This document shows positions 34,826 to 44,749 of a stretch of DNA of 64,000 nt, in pieces. Each line of letters opens with the position of its first letter. Positions within the stretch are counted from its first letter, which is position 1. The notes under the pieces are model-generated. The model was given only the letters and a program-made list of their open reading frames with translations. It searched no databases and was not told where the DNA came from. The stretch is from Nannocystales bacterium (GTDB taxonomy: Bacteria > Myxococcota_A > Polyangia > Nannocystales > Nannocystaceae). The DNA is taken from the NCBI GenBank assembly GCA_050633305.1, contig JBOEGF010000019.1, forward strand, positions 32,001 through 96,000, given 5' to 3'. Both the position numbers and the translations under genes were made by a program.

Positions 34826-37486
34826 ATGACGAACGCTCCCGCCAACGAGCCCACTCCTCACAATCCCTTCATCGGGAGAGTCATGGGGGGGCGCTACCAG
34901 GTCGACCGACTGATCGGCCGGGGCGGGATGGGCTTGGTCTATCTAGGCCGTGAGCTGCTCGATGACCGTGAGTTGGTGCTCAAGATGCTCGCTCCGCACT
35001 GGGCGGAGGAGCCGACTGCGGTCGCTCGTTTCGAGCGTGAGGGCAAGCGCCTCAGTGAGCTGCGACACCCCAATATCGTCGAGCTTTTCGACATCGGTCA
35101 CCAGGACGACCATCCCTACATTGTGATGGAGTTCATTCGCGGCATCCCGCTGCGAAAGGTGCTCAAGAAAAAAGGCCGGCTGTCGTTGGCCGAGTTCTAC
35201 CCCGTCGCCGCGCAGATGCTGGAGGCCGTCGCGTACGCCCACGACAAGGGCATCATGCTTCGCGACATCAAGCCGTCCAACGTCATGCTCTGTGAGCGGG
35301 GCGGCAAGGCCAACGTGGTCAAGGTCCTCGACTTTGGTCTCGCGAAGATGGTCGAGGGTGACGACGTCGAGGTCACCAAGTCGAACGTGATCGGTACGGC
35401 GGGCTTCTTGGCTCCCGAGCTTATCCGCGGCGGCGATGCCGACGTTCGTGTCGACGTCTACGCGCTGGGCATCATGTTCTTCATGATGCTCACCGGGTCC
35501 TCGCCGATCGTCGGCGAGAACGACGGTGCCATCCTCTACAACCACGTCCACGGCACTCCGAAGTCGTTCGAGGACGCGCTCCCGGCCGACGTTTCGATAC
35601 CTCAGCAGGTCCAAGACTTCGTGTACGGGGCACTCGCCAAGGACGCTGCCGAACGCCCCGCGAGCGCCGGGAAACTCCTCGAGTCGCTTCAAGAGATGTG
35701 CAGCGCAGAGGAACTCGCGTTGCCGTCGGCCTCCGATACCGGGCACAGCGAGATCGAGCGCTACTGGGAACGGAAAAAAGAGGGCGTCGGCTTGAGTGAC
35801 GCCAACCCTTCGAGTTCGCTGTGGACGCGGCCTCGACTCCAGAAACTTCTCGAGGGCGGGGTGGAGGAGGCTGAGGCCGTCAAACCCAGCAACCACGACC
35901 CATACGGATCTTCGCCCAGCATCGAGCTGATGTTGCCCGAGGGCGATGCCAGCCCGGAGGACTCGACGCCGAAGCCGAACTCGGAGTCCAAGGTCAAGGC
36001 CGACGAGGGTCCGAACGTCGTCGCCTCGGATCCCGGGGGGTCGCGGAACCTCCCGCCCCAGCCGTCGGCGGCCATTCGGGCCAAGACAGCGGGGCGCCTC
36101 CCTGCTGCACCGACGTCCTCGGCTCGCCCCGGCCGCCCTGCGGTCGAGGCCGACGACAGCAACGAACCCCCGGTGCCGCCGCCCAACGCACGGCGCCCCA
36201 AGCCCGCTCGTACGGTTGCGAGCTCCAACATGAACCGAGCGTTGCCGGGCCCGCCGCCTCGGCGCCACACTGTGCCCGCGACGACGTCCGGGTCGAGCGA
36301 TGCGCCCGGGTCGGCGCGCCCCTCGACGTCGACGCAGGTTCCATCGGACGCGGCACCCGTGGCGAAGCCCGGTCCGATGAAGAGTTCGTCGGTGACCCTC
36401 GTACCGTCACCCGTCCAGACCCCGTCGCCGTTCGAGGGGGAAGGGGAAGTGGGGCCGCTGCATCTGGAGCTTCAGTCGGCGCCCAAGCGGAGGCCTCGCC
36501 CTCCGGGCAGCCGTCCAACACTTCCAATGGGTGCGATGACGGCCGACGTTCAAGCCGTCGTCCCGAAAGCTGAACCGGTCGAGGTCGATGAGCTCGACAT
36601 CGATGTGGATGTCGAGATGGACGTGGACGTCGACATGGAAGTCGACGTCGAGCCGGATCCCGTCACCGACCCCGTCGCGCCAGCGAGGTCGCCAGCGAAG
36701 ACCGCAGCCGCAGCCGTAGTCGCAGCCCCCGCTCCCGTGCCGGTCATGCACTCGGCGGAGCCCGTGCCGACCCCAAAGAAGGGGATCGGAACCATCTTGG
36801 CGATCTCAGTCGCCGCCGCGCTCGTCTTCGGGGGCATCGTCACGTGGCTCGCTCTTCGCTCGGGCGACGACGATGACGTCACAGCGCAGGCCACCGAGAA
36901 CGAGGCCGACGAGCCTGCAGCACCCTCTGGCTCCAAGGCCGATGGCTCCGATGATGATGAGGAGGCCGAGGCCATCCCGGCGGTGGGGCTCGATGACGAC
37001 ACCAACATCGACCCGGATGCGCCCGGGACGATCCGAGTCGAGGGACCCGCGGGCGGTGAGGCGTTCATCAACGACGAGTCGGTGGGCACCGTTCCTGCCA
37101 AGGTCACGCGGCCGCCGGGGCTGTACACCATCCGCGTCGAGGCGCGTGGGTTCGAAGACTGGTCGGCGGACGTGCAGCTGCAGGCCGACGGGCGAGCCAA
37201 GCTCGTGGCGGCCAACACGGTCAAGCTCGGCTCGTCCCGCTCGAACAACAACCGCCGACGAGGCGCGGGCAAGGGAGCAAGCAAGCCCAATCCCGTCGCG
37301 CCCAAGGACCCGACGCCAGCGTCCGAGCCGACGCCAGCGACGAAGCCAGAGCCGAAGCCAGAGCCGAAGCCAGAGCCGAAGTCGGAGCCGGCTCCGAAGA
37401 CAAACCCACCGCCCGCAGAAGACGACGTCTTCATGAAGCGTGGCGAAAAGAAGGACGACGGGATCTTCCTCCCCGTCGGCAAGTGA
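34826..37486 (+). CDS. Membrane Ser/Thr kinase with Pro-rich linker and C-terminal PEGA domain
   Basis: GRGGMGLV, LRDIKPSN, DFGLAK, GTAGFLAPE; TM segment; PEGA-like GGEAFIND..GTVP..PGLYTIRVEARGF. Confidence 0.9.
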   Translation: MTNAPANEPTPHNPFIGRVMGGRYQVDRLIGRGGMGLVYLGRELLDDRELVLKMLAPHWAEEPTAVARFEREGKRLSELRHPNIVELFDIGHQDDHPYIVMEFIRGIPLRKVLKKKGRLSLAEFYPVAAQMLEAVAYAHDKGIMLRDIKPSNVMLCERGGKANVVKVLDFGLAKMVEGDDVEVTKSNVIGTAGFLAPELIRGGDADVRVDVYALGIMFFMMLTGSSPIVGENDGAILYNHVHGTPKSFEDALPADVSIPQQVQDFVYGALAKDAAERPASAGKLLESLQEMCSAEELALPSASDTGHSEIERYWERKKEGVGLSDANPSSSLWTRPRLQKLLEGGVEEAEAVKPSNHDPYGSSPSIELMLPEGDASPEDSTPKPNSESKVKADEGPNVVASDPGGSRNLPPQPSAAIRAKTAGRLPAAPTSSARPGRPAVEADDSNEPPVPPPNARRPKPARTVASSNMNRALPGPPPRRHTVPATTSGSSDAPGSARPSTSTQVPSDAAPVAKPGPMKSSSVTLVPSPVQTPSPFEGEGEVGPLHLELQSAPKRRPRPPGSRPTLPMGAMTADVQAVVPKAEPVEVDELDIDVDVEMDVDVDMEVDVEPDPVTDPVAPARSPAKTAAAAVVAAPAPVPVMHSAEPVPTPKKGIGTILAISVAAALVFGGIVTWLALRSGDDDDVTAQATENEADEPAAPSGSKADGSDDDEEAEAIPAVGLDDDTNIDPDAPGTIRVEGPAGGEAFINDESVGTVPAKVTRPPGLYTIRVEARGFEDWSADVQLQADGRAKLVAANTVKLGSSRSNNNRRRGAGKGASKPNPVAPKDPTPASEPTPATKPEPKPEPKPEPKSEPAPKTNPPPAEDDVFMKRGEKKDDGIFLPVGK

Positions 37487-38337
37487 TCGTGAGCCCGAGC
37501 CTGCATCTCCTCGCTGCCGCATCGGTGGCGCTCTCCAGCTTCCCCGCCGCCGCTTTCGCTCAGGCCGCGCCTCGCACCCATGACCTCACGGGGGCGGCGC
37601 ACCTGGCCGAGCCCGAGCCCGAGCCCGAGTCCACGGCGGAGGTTGATGCCATCAACGCCGAAGCGGTTGCGGCGTTCAAGGCCGGCGAGTACGACGAGGC
37701 AGCTCGGCTGTTCGAGAAGGCCTACGAGACCAGCCCTGAGCCGAACTACCTGTTCAACATCGGGCGCGTGTACGAGGAGGGAAGCAACTTCCCCAAGGCG
37801 ATCGAGTTTTACGACCGTTTCATCAATGAGCCAGGCGTTTCGCTCGACTCGCGTGGCGTCGCCCTCGAGCGGCTTCAGGTTCTGCGGGCCATCGTCGAGG
37901 AGGCCGAGGCGAAGAAGCGGGCCGAGCAGGAACCCGAGCCCGAGCCCGAGCCCGAGCCTGACCCCGAGCCCGAACCCGAGCCTGATCCCGAGCCCGAACC
38001 GGAAGGGATGCCCCCGTTGCGCAAGGGCGGCATCGCGTTGCTGATCGTTGGAGGTGTGGTTCTTGGGACCGCGGGCGGACTCGCGGCCGCCGCGAATGGA
38101 CGGTCCAACGACCTCGACACCCTCTCCGCGCTCGAACCGCGCCGTGACGCGGTCAAGCAGGGAAAAAACTTCGCGTTGGCAGCTGACGTCATGTTCGGGG
38201 TCGGTGGTCTGGCCCTGGTCAGCGGCGCCGTCTTGCTGGGACTGTCCTACCGCAAGGGATCCGACAATCGTCGGGCTCGGCTCGCCCCTTCGTTTTCCCC
38301 CCATGGCGCAGGCGTCTCAGCGCATCTCCGATTCTAG
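37483..38337 (+). CDS. Exported TPR protein with EP linker and C-terminal hydrophobic segments
   Basis: AFKAGEYDEAARLFEKAY..PNYLFNIGRVYE; EP/DP repeat; GTGA overlap with the kinase stop. Confidence 0.8.
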   Translation: MIVSPSLHLLAAASVALSSFPAAAFAQAAPRTHDLTGAAHLAEPEPEPESTAEVDAINAEAVAAFKAGEYDEAARLFEKAYETSPEPNYLFNIGRVYEEGSNFPKAIEFYDRFINEPGVSLDSRGVALERLQVLRAIVEEAEAKKRAEQEPEPEPEPEPDPEPEPEPDPEPEPEGMPPLRKGGIALLIVGGVVLGTAGGLAAAANGRSNDLDTLSALEPRRDAVKQGKNFALAADVMFGVGGLALVSGAVLLGLSYRKGSDNRRARLAPSFSPHGAGVSAHLRF

Positions 38338-38359
38338 ACTCACGCGCCTTCGAACCGTC

Positions 38360-39952
38360 ATGAACCGCCATCGCCCCTTCGCGTTTCGACACGCCCTGCT
38401 TGCTGCGGCCACATCTTGTCTGCTCGGCAGCTGTTCCCTCGTGCTCGAGTTCGACGAGTGTCGGACGGACGACGATTGCCTCAACGCCAACGGCGAGACC
38501 TTGGTCTGCAATACCGAGACCTTGGTTTGCGAAGACCGTCCGGAGCCAGTCGATGTTGTGTGCGACGACTTCGACACGTGCACGGACCTCTACGGTGAGG
38601 ACTCGACCTGCGGCGCCCAGGGCCGCTGTGTGCTGCTGACCTCGGACGAATGCACCAAAGTCGTGCATCCCTCGGGAGCGTCCCCAGACGAGGTCGTCTG
38701 GGTCGGTTCGATCCTCGCGACGTCAGAGCCCTTCACGAGCACGATCGTTCCGATCGAGAACGCCATCGAACTCGCGATCGAGGATTTCAACTCGGTCACC
38801 TCCTTGCCCGATGGCCGCAAGGTTGGATGGATTGGGTGCGACTCGAGGGGGAGTGCGAGCACGGCTGCCGATGCGGCTGAGCACTTGATCGAGGACGTGG
38901 GCGTCCCGGCGATCATCGGTCCGGCCTTGTCCGCAGAGCTCCTCGGGCTCGCGCCAACCGTGGTCGACTCCGGCACGTTCATGATCTCTCCGAGCGCCAC
39001 CGCGGCATCGATCGCTGGCCTGGATGACTCGGGGTTGATCTGGCGCACGATCAGCAGCGATGCGGTGCAGGCCAATGCGATCGCGGACCGCATCGCATCG
39101 CTCGACCCGCCACCGGAAAGCATCCTGGTGTTGGCGAAGAACGACGCGTACGGCGTCGGACTGTTTGAGCCGATGATCCAGCGGCTGGCAGCCGAGCTTC
39201 CTGGCGTTCCTACGGGGTCTTTGCTGTATCCCGACCCCGTCGGACTCGACAGCGCGGAGGTGGAACGGGCCTACACGACGGTCATCGCCGAGGGCTTCGC
39301 CCAGGAAGCGGACACCATCGTCATCCTGGGCGCGTCCGAGATGTTGGAGCTGCTGCGCGTCTATCTGGTCGCCTGGAACAACACCGGCATTCTGCTGCCA
39401 CGTTTCGTTGTTTCACACGGGGCGGTGCCTTCGTTGCTGCTCGCCCCCGAGCTTGTGGCTGAGTCCTTCGCGCCCACGCTCATGGCGTCGCTCGAAGGGG
39501 TCTCTCCTGCGATTCAGGACCCGGACAACTTCGACGCGTTCAACATCCGTTACCGCGTCCTGACCGACGACACCAACCCCCTGTCGGCCAGTCCTCTGGG
39601 ATATGATGCCGCGCTGGTCACCCTGCTGGGCATGGTGGCTGGGGGGGCAGACCGTGGCGTAGACATCGCGAGCGCCATCCCGAGGCTCGCGGACACGGCA
39701 GGTACAGCACTTCCGCTCGGGGATCCACGCGCTCTGCTGGATGCTCGAGAGCTCCTCGTCAGCGGGGCCAACCTCGACATCGGCGGCGTGAGTGGGCCAC
39801 TCGACTTCGACTTGGTCGCGGGCGAGATCTCGAGCAACTACGTCGGATGGGACATCGTCCCGCAGAGCGGGGACTCGGCGGCAGGCCAGTTGGTGCCAGG
39901 CCGCGCGTATGTCCTCGAGAACTCGGTCGAAGGCGCCTGGACCGAGCTTTAG
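38360..39952 (+). CDS. Type 1 periplasmic binding protein (LivK-like) lipoprotein with Cys-rich N-terminus
   Basis: LGSC lipobox; Cys-rich module; AIELAIEDFN, PAIIGPA, ISPSAT, WRTISSDAVQ, GYDA, GVSGPLDFD. Confidence 0.85.
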   Translation: MNRHRPFAFRHALLAAATSCLLGSCSLVLEFDECRTDDDCLNANGETLVCNTETLVCEDRPEPVDVVCDDFDTCTDLYGEDSTCGAQGRCVLLTSDECTKVVHPSGASPDEVVWVGSILATSEPFTSTIVPIENAIELAIEDFNSVTSLPDGRKVGWIGCDSRGSASTAADAAEHLIEDVGVPAIIGPALSAELLGLAPTVVDSGTFMISPSATAASIAGLDDSGLIWRTISSDAVQANAIADRIASLDPPPESILVLAKNDAYGVGLFEPMIQRLAAELPGVPTGSLLYPDPVGLDSAEVERAYTTVIAEGFAQEADTIVILGASEMLELLRVYLVAWNNTGILLPRFVVSHGAVPSLLLAPELVAESFAPTLMASLEGVSPAIQDPDNFDAFNIRYRVLTDDTNPLSASPLGYDAALVTLLGMVAGGADRGVDIASAIPRLADTAGTALPLGDPRALLDARELLVSGANLDIGGVSGPLDFDLVAGEISSNYVGWDIVPQSGDSAAGQLVPGRAYVLENSVEGAWTEL

Positions 39953-39969
39953 GCTGCGACCCGAAGGGG

Positions 39970-40377
39970 TCAGCCTTTCTTCCCGAACTTGCTCGCCAGG
40001 GTGTGTTGACCCGGCCCGATGAGCAGGACCGAAGCGAAGAGGATGCCCGCCTCGATCGCGTGGCTGGCCCCAGTGAAGCCATCGTTCTTGCGAATGTGCA
40101 TCGTCGCTGCGACCACCATGGTGCTCAGGAGCAGCAACGTCGCGGGCACGAACCCGATGCCGAGTGCGAACGCGAGTCCTCCGAAAAACTCGGCGATGGC
40201 GGCCATGAACCCCCAGAACGTCGGGGCGAAGTCGATGCCGACATGGACCATGCTCTTGCCGAGCTTGGTCCAAGCGCGCTCACCACCCGCGAGCTTGGGC
40301 CACCCGTGCGCCATGAACATGCCGCCGATCCCGACGCGCAACAGCAGCAGGCCGAGGTCGCGGAATCTATCGCCCAT
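39970..40377 (-). CDS. DoxX family membrane protein
   Basis: LLLLRVGIG..HGWPKL, EFFGGL, GPG. Confidence 0.9.
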   Translation of the reverse strand: MGDRFRDLGLLLLRVGIGGMFMAHGWPKLAGGERAWTKLGKSMVHVGIDFAPTFWGFMAAIAEFFGGLAFALGIGFVPATLLLLSTMVVAATMHIRKNDGFTGASHAIEAGILFASVLLIGPGQHTLASKFGKKG

Positions 40378-40421
40378 CGCCTCCGGCTAACACCGAACGC
40401 GAGAACCTCCAAGAAAGCGGC

Positions 40422-41201
40422 TCAGTCGTAGCTCTGGTAGTAGGCGCCAACGCCAGAGACGTACATGACGCCTTGTTGGCCCAGGTTCACGTTGGCGAAC
40501 CGTTGCTCGAACTGCATGACGAAGGAGTTTCGACCTCGCGGTCCCGGCAGGTTGGGCGGGAGTCGGGGACGGCGACTTGCGGAGTAGTCCTTGGGGTCGC
40601 TGGGGTCTCGGACCCAGATCGGGCACCCGCCGATGCGAGCGGGCGCCTGCCAGATCGCGTCGTGGAGAAGGGCGATGGGAGACTCTTCGTCTTCGTGCAG
40701 GTCGAACACATCACCGGGGACGTCGACCTGGATGAGGCTGAAGCGGCGGCTCTTGCGGCCTTGCGAGCGACGAGGCAGTGGACCTCGGTAGGCACCGCGG
40801 GCGAGTTCTTCCTCTGACAGAAAGACGACGGCGGTGTCGACGTTGCCGTTCTGGTCCGCGCGATTGGCGTTGGCGTTGCTGATGAACAGCATCATTGCCC
40901 GTGCGCGTGGCGGGGCGCCCAAGAGCCGGATGTCTCGGAGGTCGATCGTGAAGACGTGCTCCATCCGCAGGTCCGCAGCGTCGTACGCGTCGAGCTGGTT
41001 GGCGCCCGCGAGGAGTTCACCCAGCTGCGGGTAGAGCGGCCAGTCGGCGTCCGTGAGGCCCACTGGGGGGCCGAAGACACGGTTCAGGCTGTCCTCGCCT
41101 GGCGGAACGTTGAAGTCGGGAAAGTACAGCGGCAGGTTCCGCTCGTTGTCGCGAAATGCATCCGCAAAACGCTGGATCTCTGCGATGTACGGGGCCGCCA
41201 T
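40422..41201 (-). CDS. Hypothetical protein, weak resemblance to YwqG/DUF1963
   Basis: MEHVFTIDL, RIGGCPIWV, VNLGQQGVMYV. Confidence 0.5.
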   Translation of the reverse strand: MAAPYIAEIQRFADAFRDNERNLPLYFPDFNVPPGEDSLNRVFGPPVGLTDADWPLYPQLGELLAGANQLDAYDAADLRMEHVFTIDLRDIRLLGAPPRARAMMLFISNANANRADQNGNVDTAVVFLSEEELARGAYRGPLPRRSQGRKSRRFSLIQVDVPGDVFDLHEDEESPIALLHDAIWQAPARIGGCPIWVRDPSDPKDYSASRRPRLPPNLPGPRGRNSFVMQFEQRFANVNLGQQGVMYVSGVGAYYQSYD

Positions 41202-41344
41202 ATTCCATCCCGAAGCTTCTACGAGCGCGTGCGCCTGTCCCACTTTCCAAAAAGACGAGCCCGATTGCACGCAGTTGCAGGCCGATTTCAGACTTTTCCG
41301 GGCCGCGCGAAAACCGGCCCGGAAGAATTTCTAGCCGGGACTCG

Positions 41345-44300
41345 GTGGCACAACGCCCAGAGGGCCCGAGCTGCCATGGCATCATCGACCGGTTGGACGA
41401 GGGGCCTATCGACACGGAGCCCGCGGGTTCGGCCCTCGGGGCGGGCGGGGCCCAGCCCTCTCCGGACTCGGCAGCGTTCTTGTCGCGCCTTCGCGAGAAC
41501 CTACGGGGCAAGCTGTTCGGCTCCACACTGAGACCGCCGAGCGTTCAAGGGCCAGAGGGGACCACGTCTCACCCGGCGGAAGCGGGACAACCGAAGATGA
41601 TCGGCCGATACGAGGTGCTTGGTCGCATCGGGAGCGGGGGGATGGGGGTCATCTATGCCGCGCTCGACCCCAGCCTCGGCCGAAAGGTTGCCGTCAAGCT
41701 GCTCAACCCGAAGGGGGGCCAGCACAAGGACGCCCGGAATCGCCTCCTTCGGGAGGCGCAAGCCCTGGCCCGGCTCTCTCACCCCAGTGTCGTGCAGGTG
41801 TACGAGACGGGGGAGTTTGCGGACCAGGTTTTCGTGGCGATGGAGTTCATCGAGGGCACGACGCTGCGTCAGTGGCAGCAGAGTGCAGAGCGATCGTGGC
41901 GAGCGATTCTCGGTGCCTACAAGGCCGCGGCCGAAGGACTCGCGGCGGGTCATAGCGCGGGCATCGTCCATCGTGACTTCAAGCCCGACAACGTGCTCGT
42001 GGGTTCGGATGGTGAGGTGCGGGTGATCGACTTTGGCCTCGCTCGCACTGAAGCCGAGGTGCCGACCGGGGGCGAGGGCGTGCGGTTGCTTCCCGTGGAC
42101 TCGGACCTGGCGTTGACCAAGACAGGAACCCTGATGGGGACGCCCGCGTACATGGCCCCCGAGCAGTTCAAGGGCGAAACGGCGGACGCTCGGACCGATC
42201 AGTTCTCGTTCTGCGTCGCGCTCTACGAGGCCCTGTATGGCTATCGGCCCTTCTCCGGGGGGACGATTCACAAGCTCGCCGCAAACGTGCTGCTTGGCAA
42301 TGTGGAGTCTCCGCCGCGCTACACGGACGTCCCCGAGCGAATGATGCGGGTGCTGTTGCGCGGGCTCGAGGTCGACCCTGTCGAGCGGTACGATGACATG
42401 GACGGGCTCGTGACCGAGCTTCCCGTTGGCGGCTCACGCGTGTGGATGGTTCTACTGGGTGTCGTTGGGGCGCTGGTGGTGCTCGCCGTCGCGAGTGCTG
42501 CGGGCTGGGCGTGGCTCGAAGGTCTGCGCAGGGAGGAGCGCGTTGCTGCGATCAAGGCGGACTACGTCGCCCAGCGGGGCGAAGAAGCCGAGGCTCGGCT
42601 TCGGACGATGGTGGCCCGAGACCCGTCCGAGCGGTACGACGACTTGTTGCTTCGAGGCGCGGAAGCCCGCATCCAGGACGATCCCGCAGCGGCCATCGCC
42701 ATGCTCAAGGCGTTGTCGAGCCCTTCCTCGTCGTTGGTGCCCGCTCGCCTCTTGGGCGCGTCTGCGGCACGTTCGGAGTTGCAAGTACGCCAGGTCCCTG
42801 TCGGGGCTGGACCCATTTCGAGCCTGGCCACCTCGCATGATGGGCGGACGACCGTGGTGGGAACCCGGGGGTTTGGAGCCTACCGAATCGACATCGATGG
42901 TCCCGCCCGTCCGCTGCGGAACTCCCCAGACTTGGTCTCATCGGTGGATGTGTCGGCTGATGGCTCGACCATCGTCGTGGGCGGTGACGATGGAACGACC
43001 TCGATTGTCACGGCGCAGGGAGAGCCGGCCAAGCGTTGGGGGCGCGGCGGTGAGGGAGCGGTGTTCGTGGGAGTGTCGCCGGACGGGAAGACGGTGGCGT
43101 CCGGAGACGCGACCGGGCGCGTCATGCTCGGGACACCCGAGGCCCGGGTTCGAGCGGATCAGCTGCACACAGACGCCGTCACCGCGTTGGCGGTCGGGGA
43201 AGAGGGGCGCACGATGGTGACGGCCGGAAAGGACAGCAAGGTGAAGGTGTCCTTCCTGAAGGAGAAGCGGCGCTGGGACCTTCCGCATCGGGCTGGGGCC
43301 ACGGTGACGTCGATCCAGTTTGGCCCCGAGGAGCTGTTTGCCGACTGTGTGGGCTCCGACGGGCAGGTCTGGCGGGTCGCGACGGCCGAGCGTCGGACGG
43401 CGATCGTCGAAGGGCTGGAGTCGGTTGGACTCTACGCGATCGCCTCCGGCGGTGAAGCCGAGGTTTCGTATGGCGCAGGGCGGCCGCTGCGGCTCGTCCG
43501 GGCCGAAGACGCTCCGGCGCGGGAGCTGTACCAAGGAAAGCTCTCGGCGGTTGCGATGTCCGGCGATGGGCAGGTGGTCGTCGCCGCGGATGCTCAGGAC
43601 ACGGTCCGGGTCTGGCGGGTCGTTCGGCCGCGCGATACGTCACACACGATCATCGACGCCAACGTGCTGACCCTCGCCTACGACCGGGTTCACGATCGAC
43701 TCGCCTTGGGCGGAACCGGTGGACTCGTTCGCTTGTGGACTGGCACCGGAGAAGAACGCGATGGGTTGGGGCAGCTCATCGGCGGCGTGCACGAGCTGAG
43801 CTTCTCCCCGGGTGGGGACAGGCTCGCCGCACTTGGCGGCCTGGGGGGTATCACGGTGTGGGAGGTGGACAAGGACCGCGGACCCCTGAGCCTGCAGCCC
43901 GCGTCGTTCGAGAGTCCGATCGCTTGGTCGAGCGATGGGACGCGCCTCATCGCGCAGAACTGCGAAGGCCCCCGGCGTTGCGGTCTGATCGTCCACGCGC
44001 TGGATACCGACGAGCGGCTTCTATCCACGCTTCTTGGGCACCGTATCGAACGATTCTCTCTCTCGGAGGGCTCGCGTTTTGCCGCGCTTGTGCGCAGCTC
44101 GAAACCCGCTGATGTGGAAGTGTTCGACCTTTCGACCCGGATGTCTTGGAAGCCGCCATGGTCCGAGTTGGACATTCCGGCCGAGATCGTCGGCGTCGCG
44201 TTCACGGATAACGCCCGTGCGCTCCGGCTGGTGTCGCGAGACGGGAACTCGATCCGTCTTTGGCGCTGGGAACCGCAGACGCAGATCGTGACCGAGCTCG

Positions 44301-44695
44301 ATGAGGTGGAGACCGACGCGGTCTATGACCTCGCCGACGGTAGCGCTCTACTGCTGCGCATGCCCGAAGGCGGAGAGCTGTGGATGGTGGATGAGTTTCT
44401 GCGTCACCGGGTTGGGACGCTGCCCAACATCGTTGAGCGCTTCGAACTCTCGCCGAACCGCGATGTGCTTCTGGTCGAGTCGACAAGCGGCGTTGAGCTC
44501 ATTCATGTTCCCACGGGGATCCGGCACACGGTCGATGACATCGAGCCGCCGTATGCGTGGCGCGGGCTGTCGGCGTTCGCGCTGGGGCGTCCCCGAGCCG
44601 TGATGTTGCGGGACGATCCAACGCCGGACAGCGCCGAGGCGTTTGCCCTGTGGCTCGACACGCTGACCGACGCGGCGCCTCGAGAGCTCCGCTGA
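41345..44695 (+). CDS. Membrane Ser/Thr kinase with WD40 beta-propellers
   Basis: GSGGMGVI, VAVK, HRDFKPDN, DFGLAR, GTPAYMAPE; TM segment; WD40-like repeats (SPDG..ASG, DTVRVW). Start uncertain (GTG 41345 or TTG 41393). Confidence 0.9.
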   Translation: MAQRPEGPSCHGIIDRLDEGPIDTEPAGSALGAGGAQPSPDSAAFLSRLRENLRGKLFGSTLRPPSVQGPEGTTSHPAEAGQPKMIGRYEVLGRIGSGGMGVIYAALDPSLGRKVAVKLLNPKGGQHKDARNRLLREAQALARLSHPSVVQVYETGEFADQVFVAMEFIEGTTLRQWQQSAERSWRAILGAYKAAAEGLAAGHSAGIVHRDFKPDNVLVGSDGEVRVIDFGLARTEAEVPTGGEGVRLLPVDSDLALTKTGTLMGTPAYMAPEQFKGETADARTDQFSFCVALYEALYGYRPFSGGTIHKLAANVLLGNVESPPRYTDVPERMMRVLLRGLEVDPVERYDDMDGLVTELPVGGSRVWMVLLGVVGALVVLAVASAAGWAWLEGLRREERVAAIKADYVAQRGEEAEARLRTMVARDPSERYDDLLLRGAEARIQDDPAAAIAMLKALSSPSSSLVPARLLGASAARSELQVRQVPVGAGPISSLATSHDGRTTVVGTRGFGAYRIDIDGPARPLRNSPDLVSSVDVSADGSTIVVGGDDGTTSIVTAQGEPAKRWGRGGEGAVFVGVSPDGKTVASGDATGRVMLGTPEARVRADQLHTDAVTALAVGEEGRTMVTAGKDSKVKVSFLKEKRRWDLPHRAGATVTSIQFGPEELFADCVGSDGQVWRVATAERRTAIVEGLESVGLYAIASGGEAEVSYGAGRPLRLVRAEDAPARELYQGKLSAVAMSGDGQVVVAADAQDTVRVWRVVRPRDTSHTIIDANVLTLAYDRVHDRLALGGTGGLVRLWTGTGEERDGLGQLIGGVHELSFSPGGDRLAALGGLGGITVWEVDKDRGPLSLQPASFESPIAWSSDGTRLIAQNCEGPRRCGLIVHALDTDERLLSTLLGHRIERFSLSEGSRFAALVRSSKPADVEVFDLSTRMSWKPPWSELDIPAEIVGVAFTDNARALRLVSRDGNSIRLWRWEPQTQIVTELDEVETDAVYDLADGSALLLRMPEGGELWMVDEFLRHRVGTLPNIVERFELSPNRDVLLVESTSGVELIHVPTGIRHTVDDIEPPYAWRGLSAFALGRPRAVMLRDDPTPDSAEAFALWLDTLTDAAPRELR

Positions 44696-44749
44696 TGCTC
44701 GAAGCCCATGCGGGCCCGTGGGACGTGTGGTCGGAGTCCAGGCGGAAGT

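Noticed and set aside
37340..38000. Short tandem repeats (gagccgaagcca and gagccc units) as possible CRISPR or mobile repeats
   Set aside because: They are in-frame codon repeats for PKPE and EP linkers; there are no unique spacers and no cas genes.
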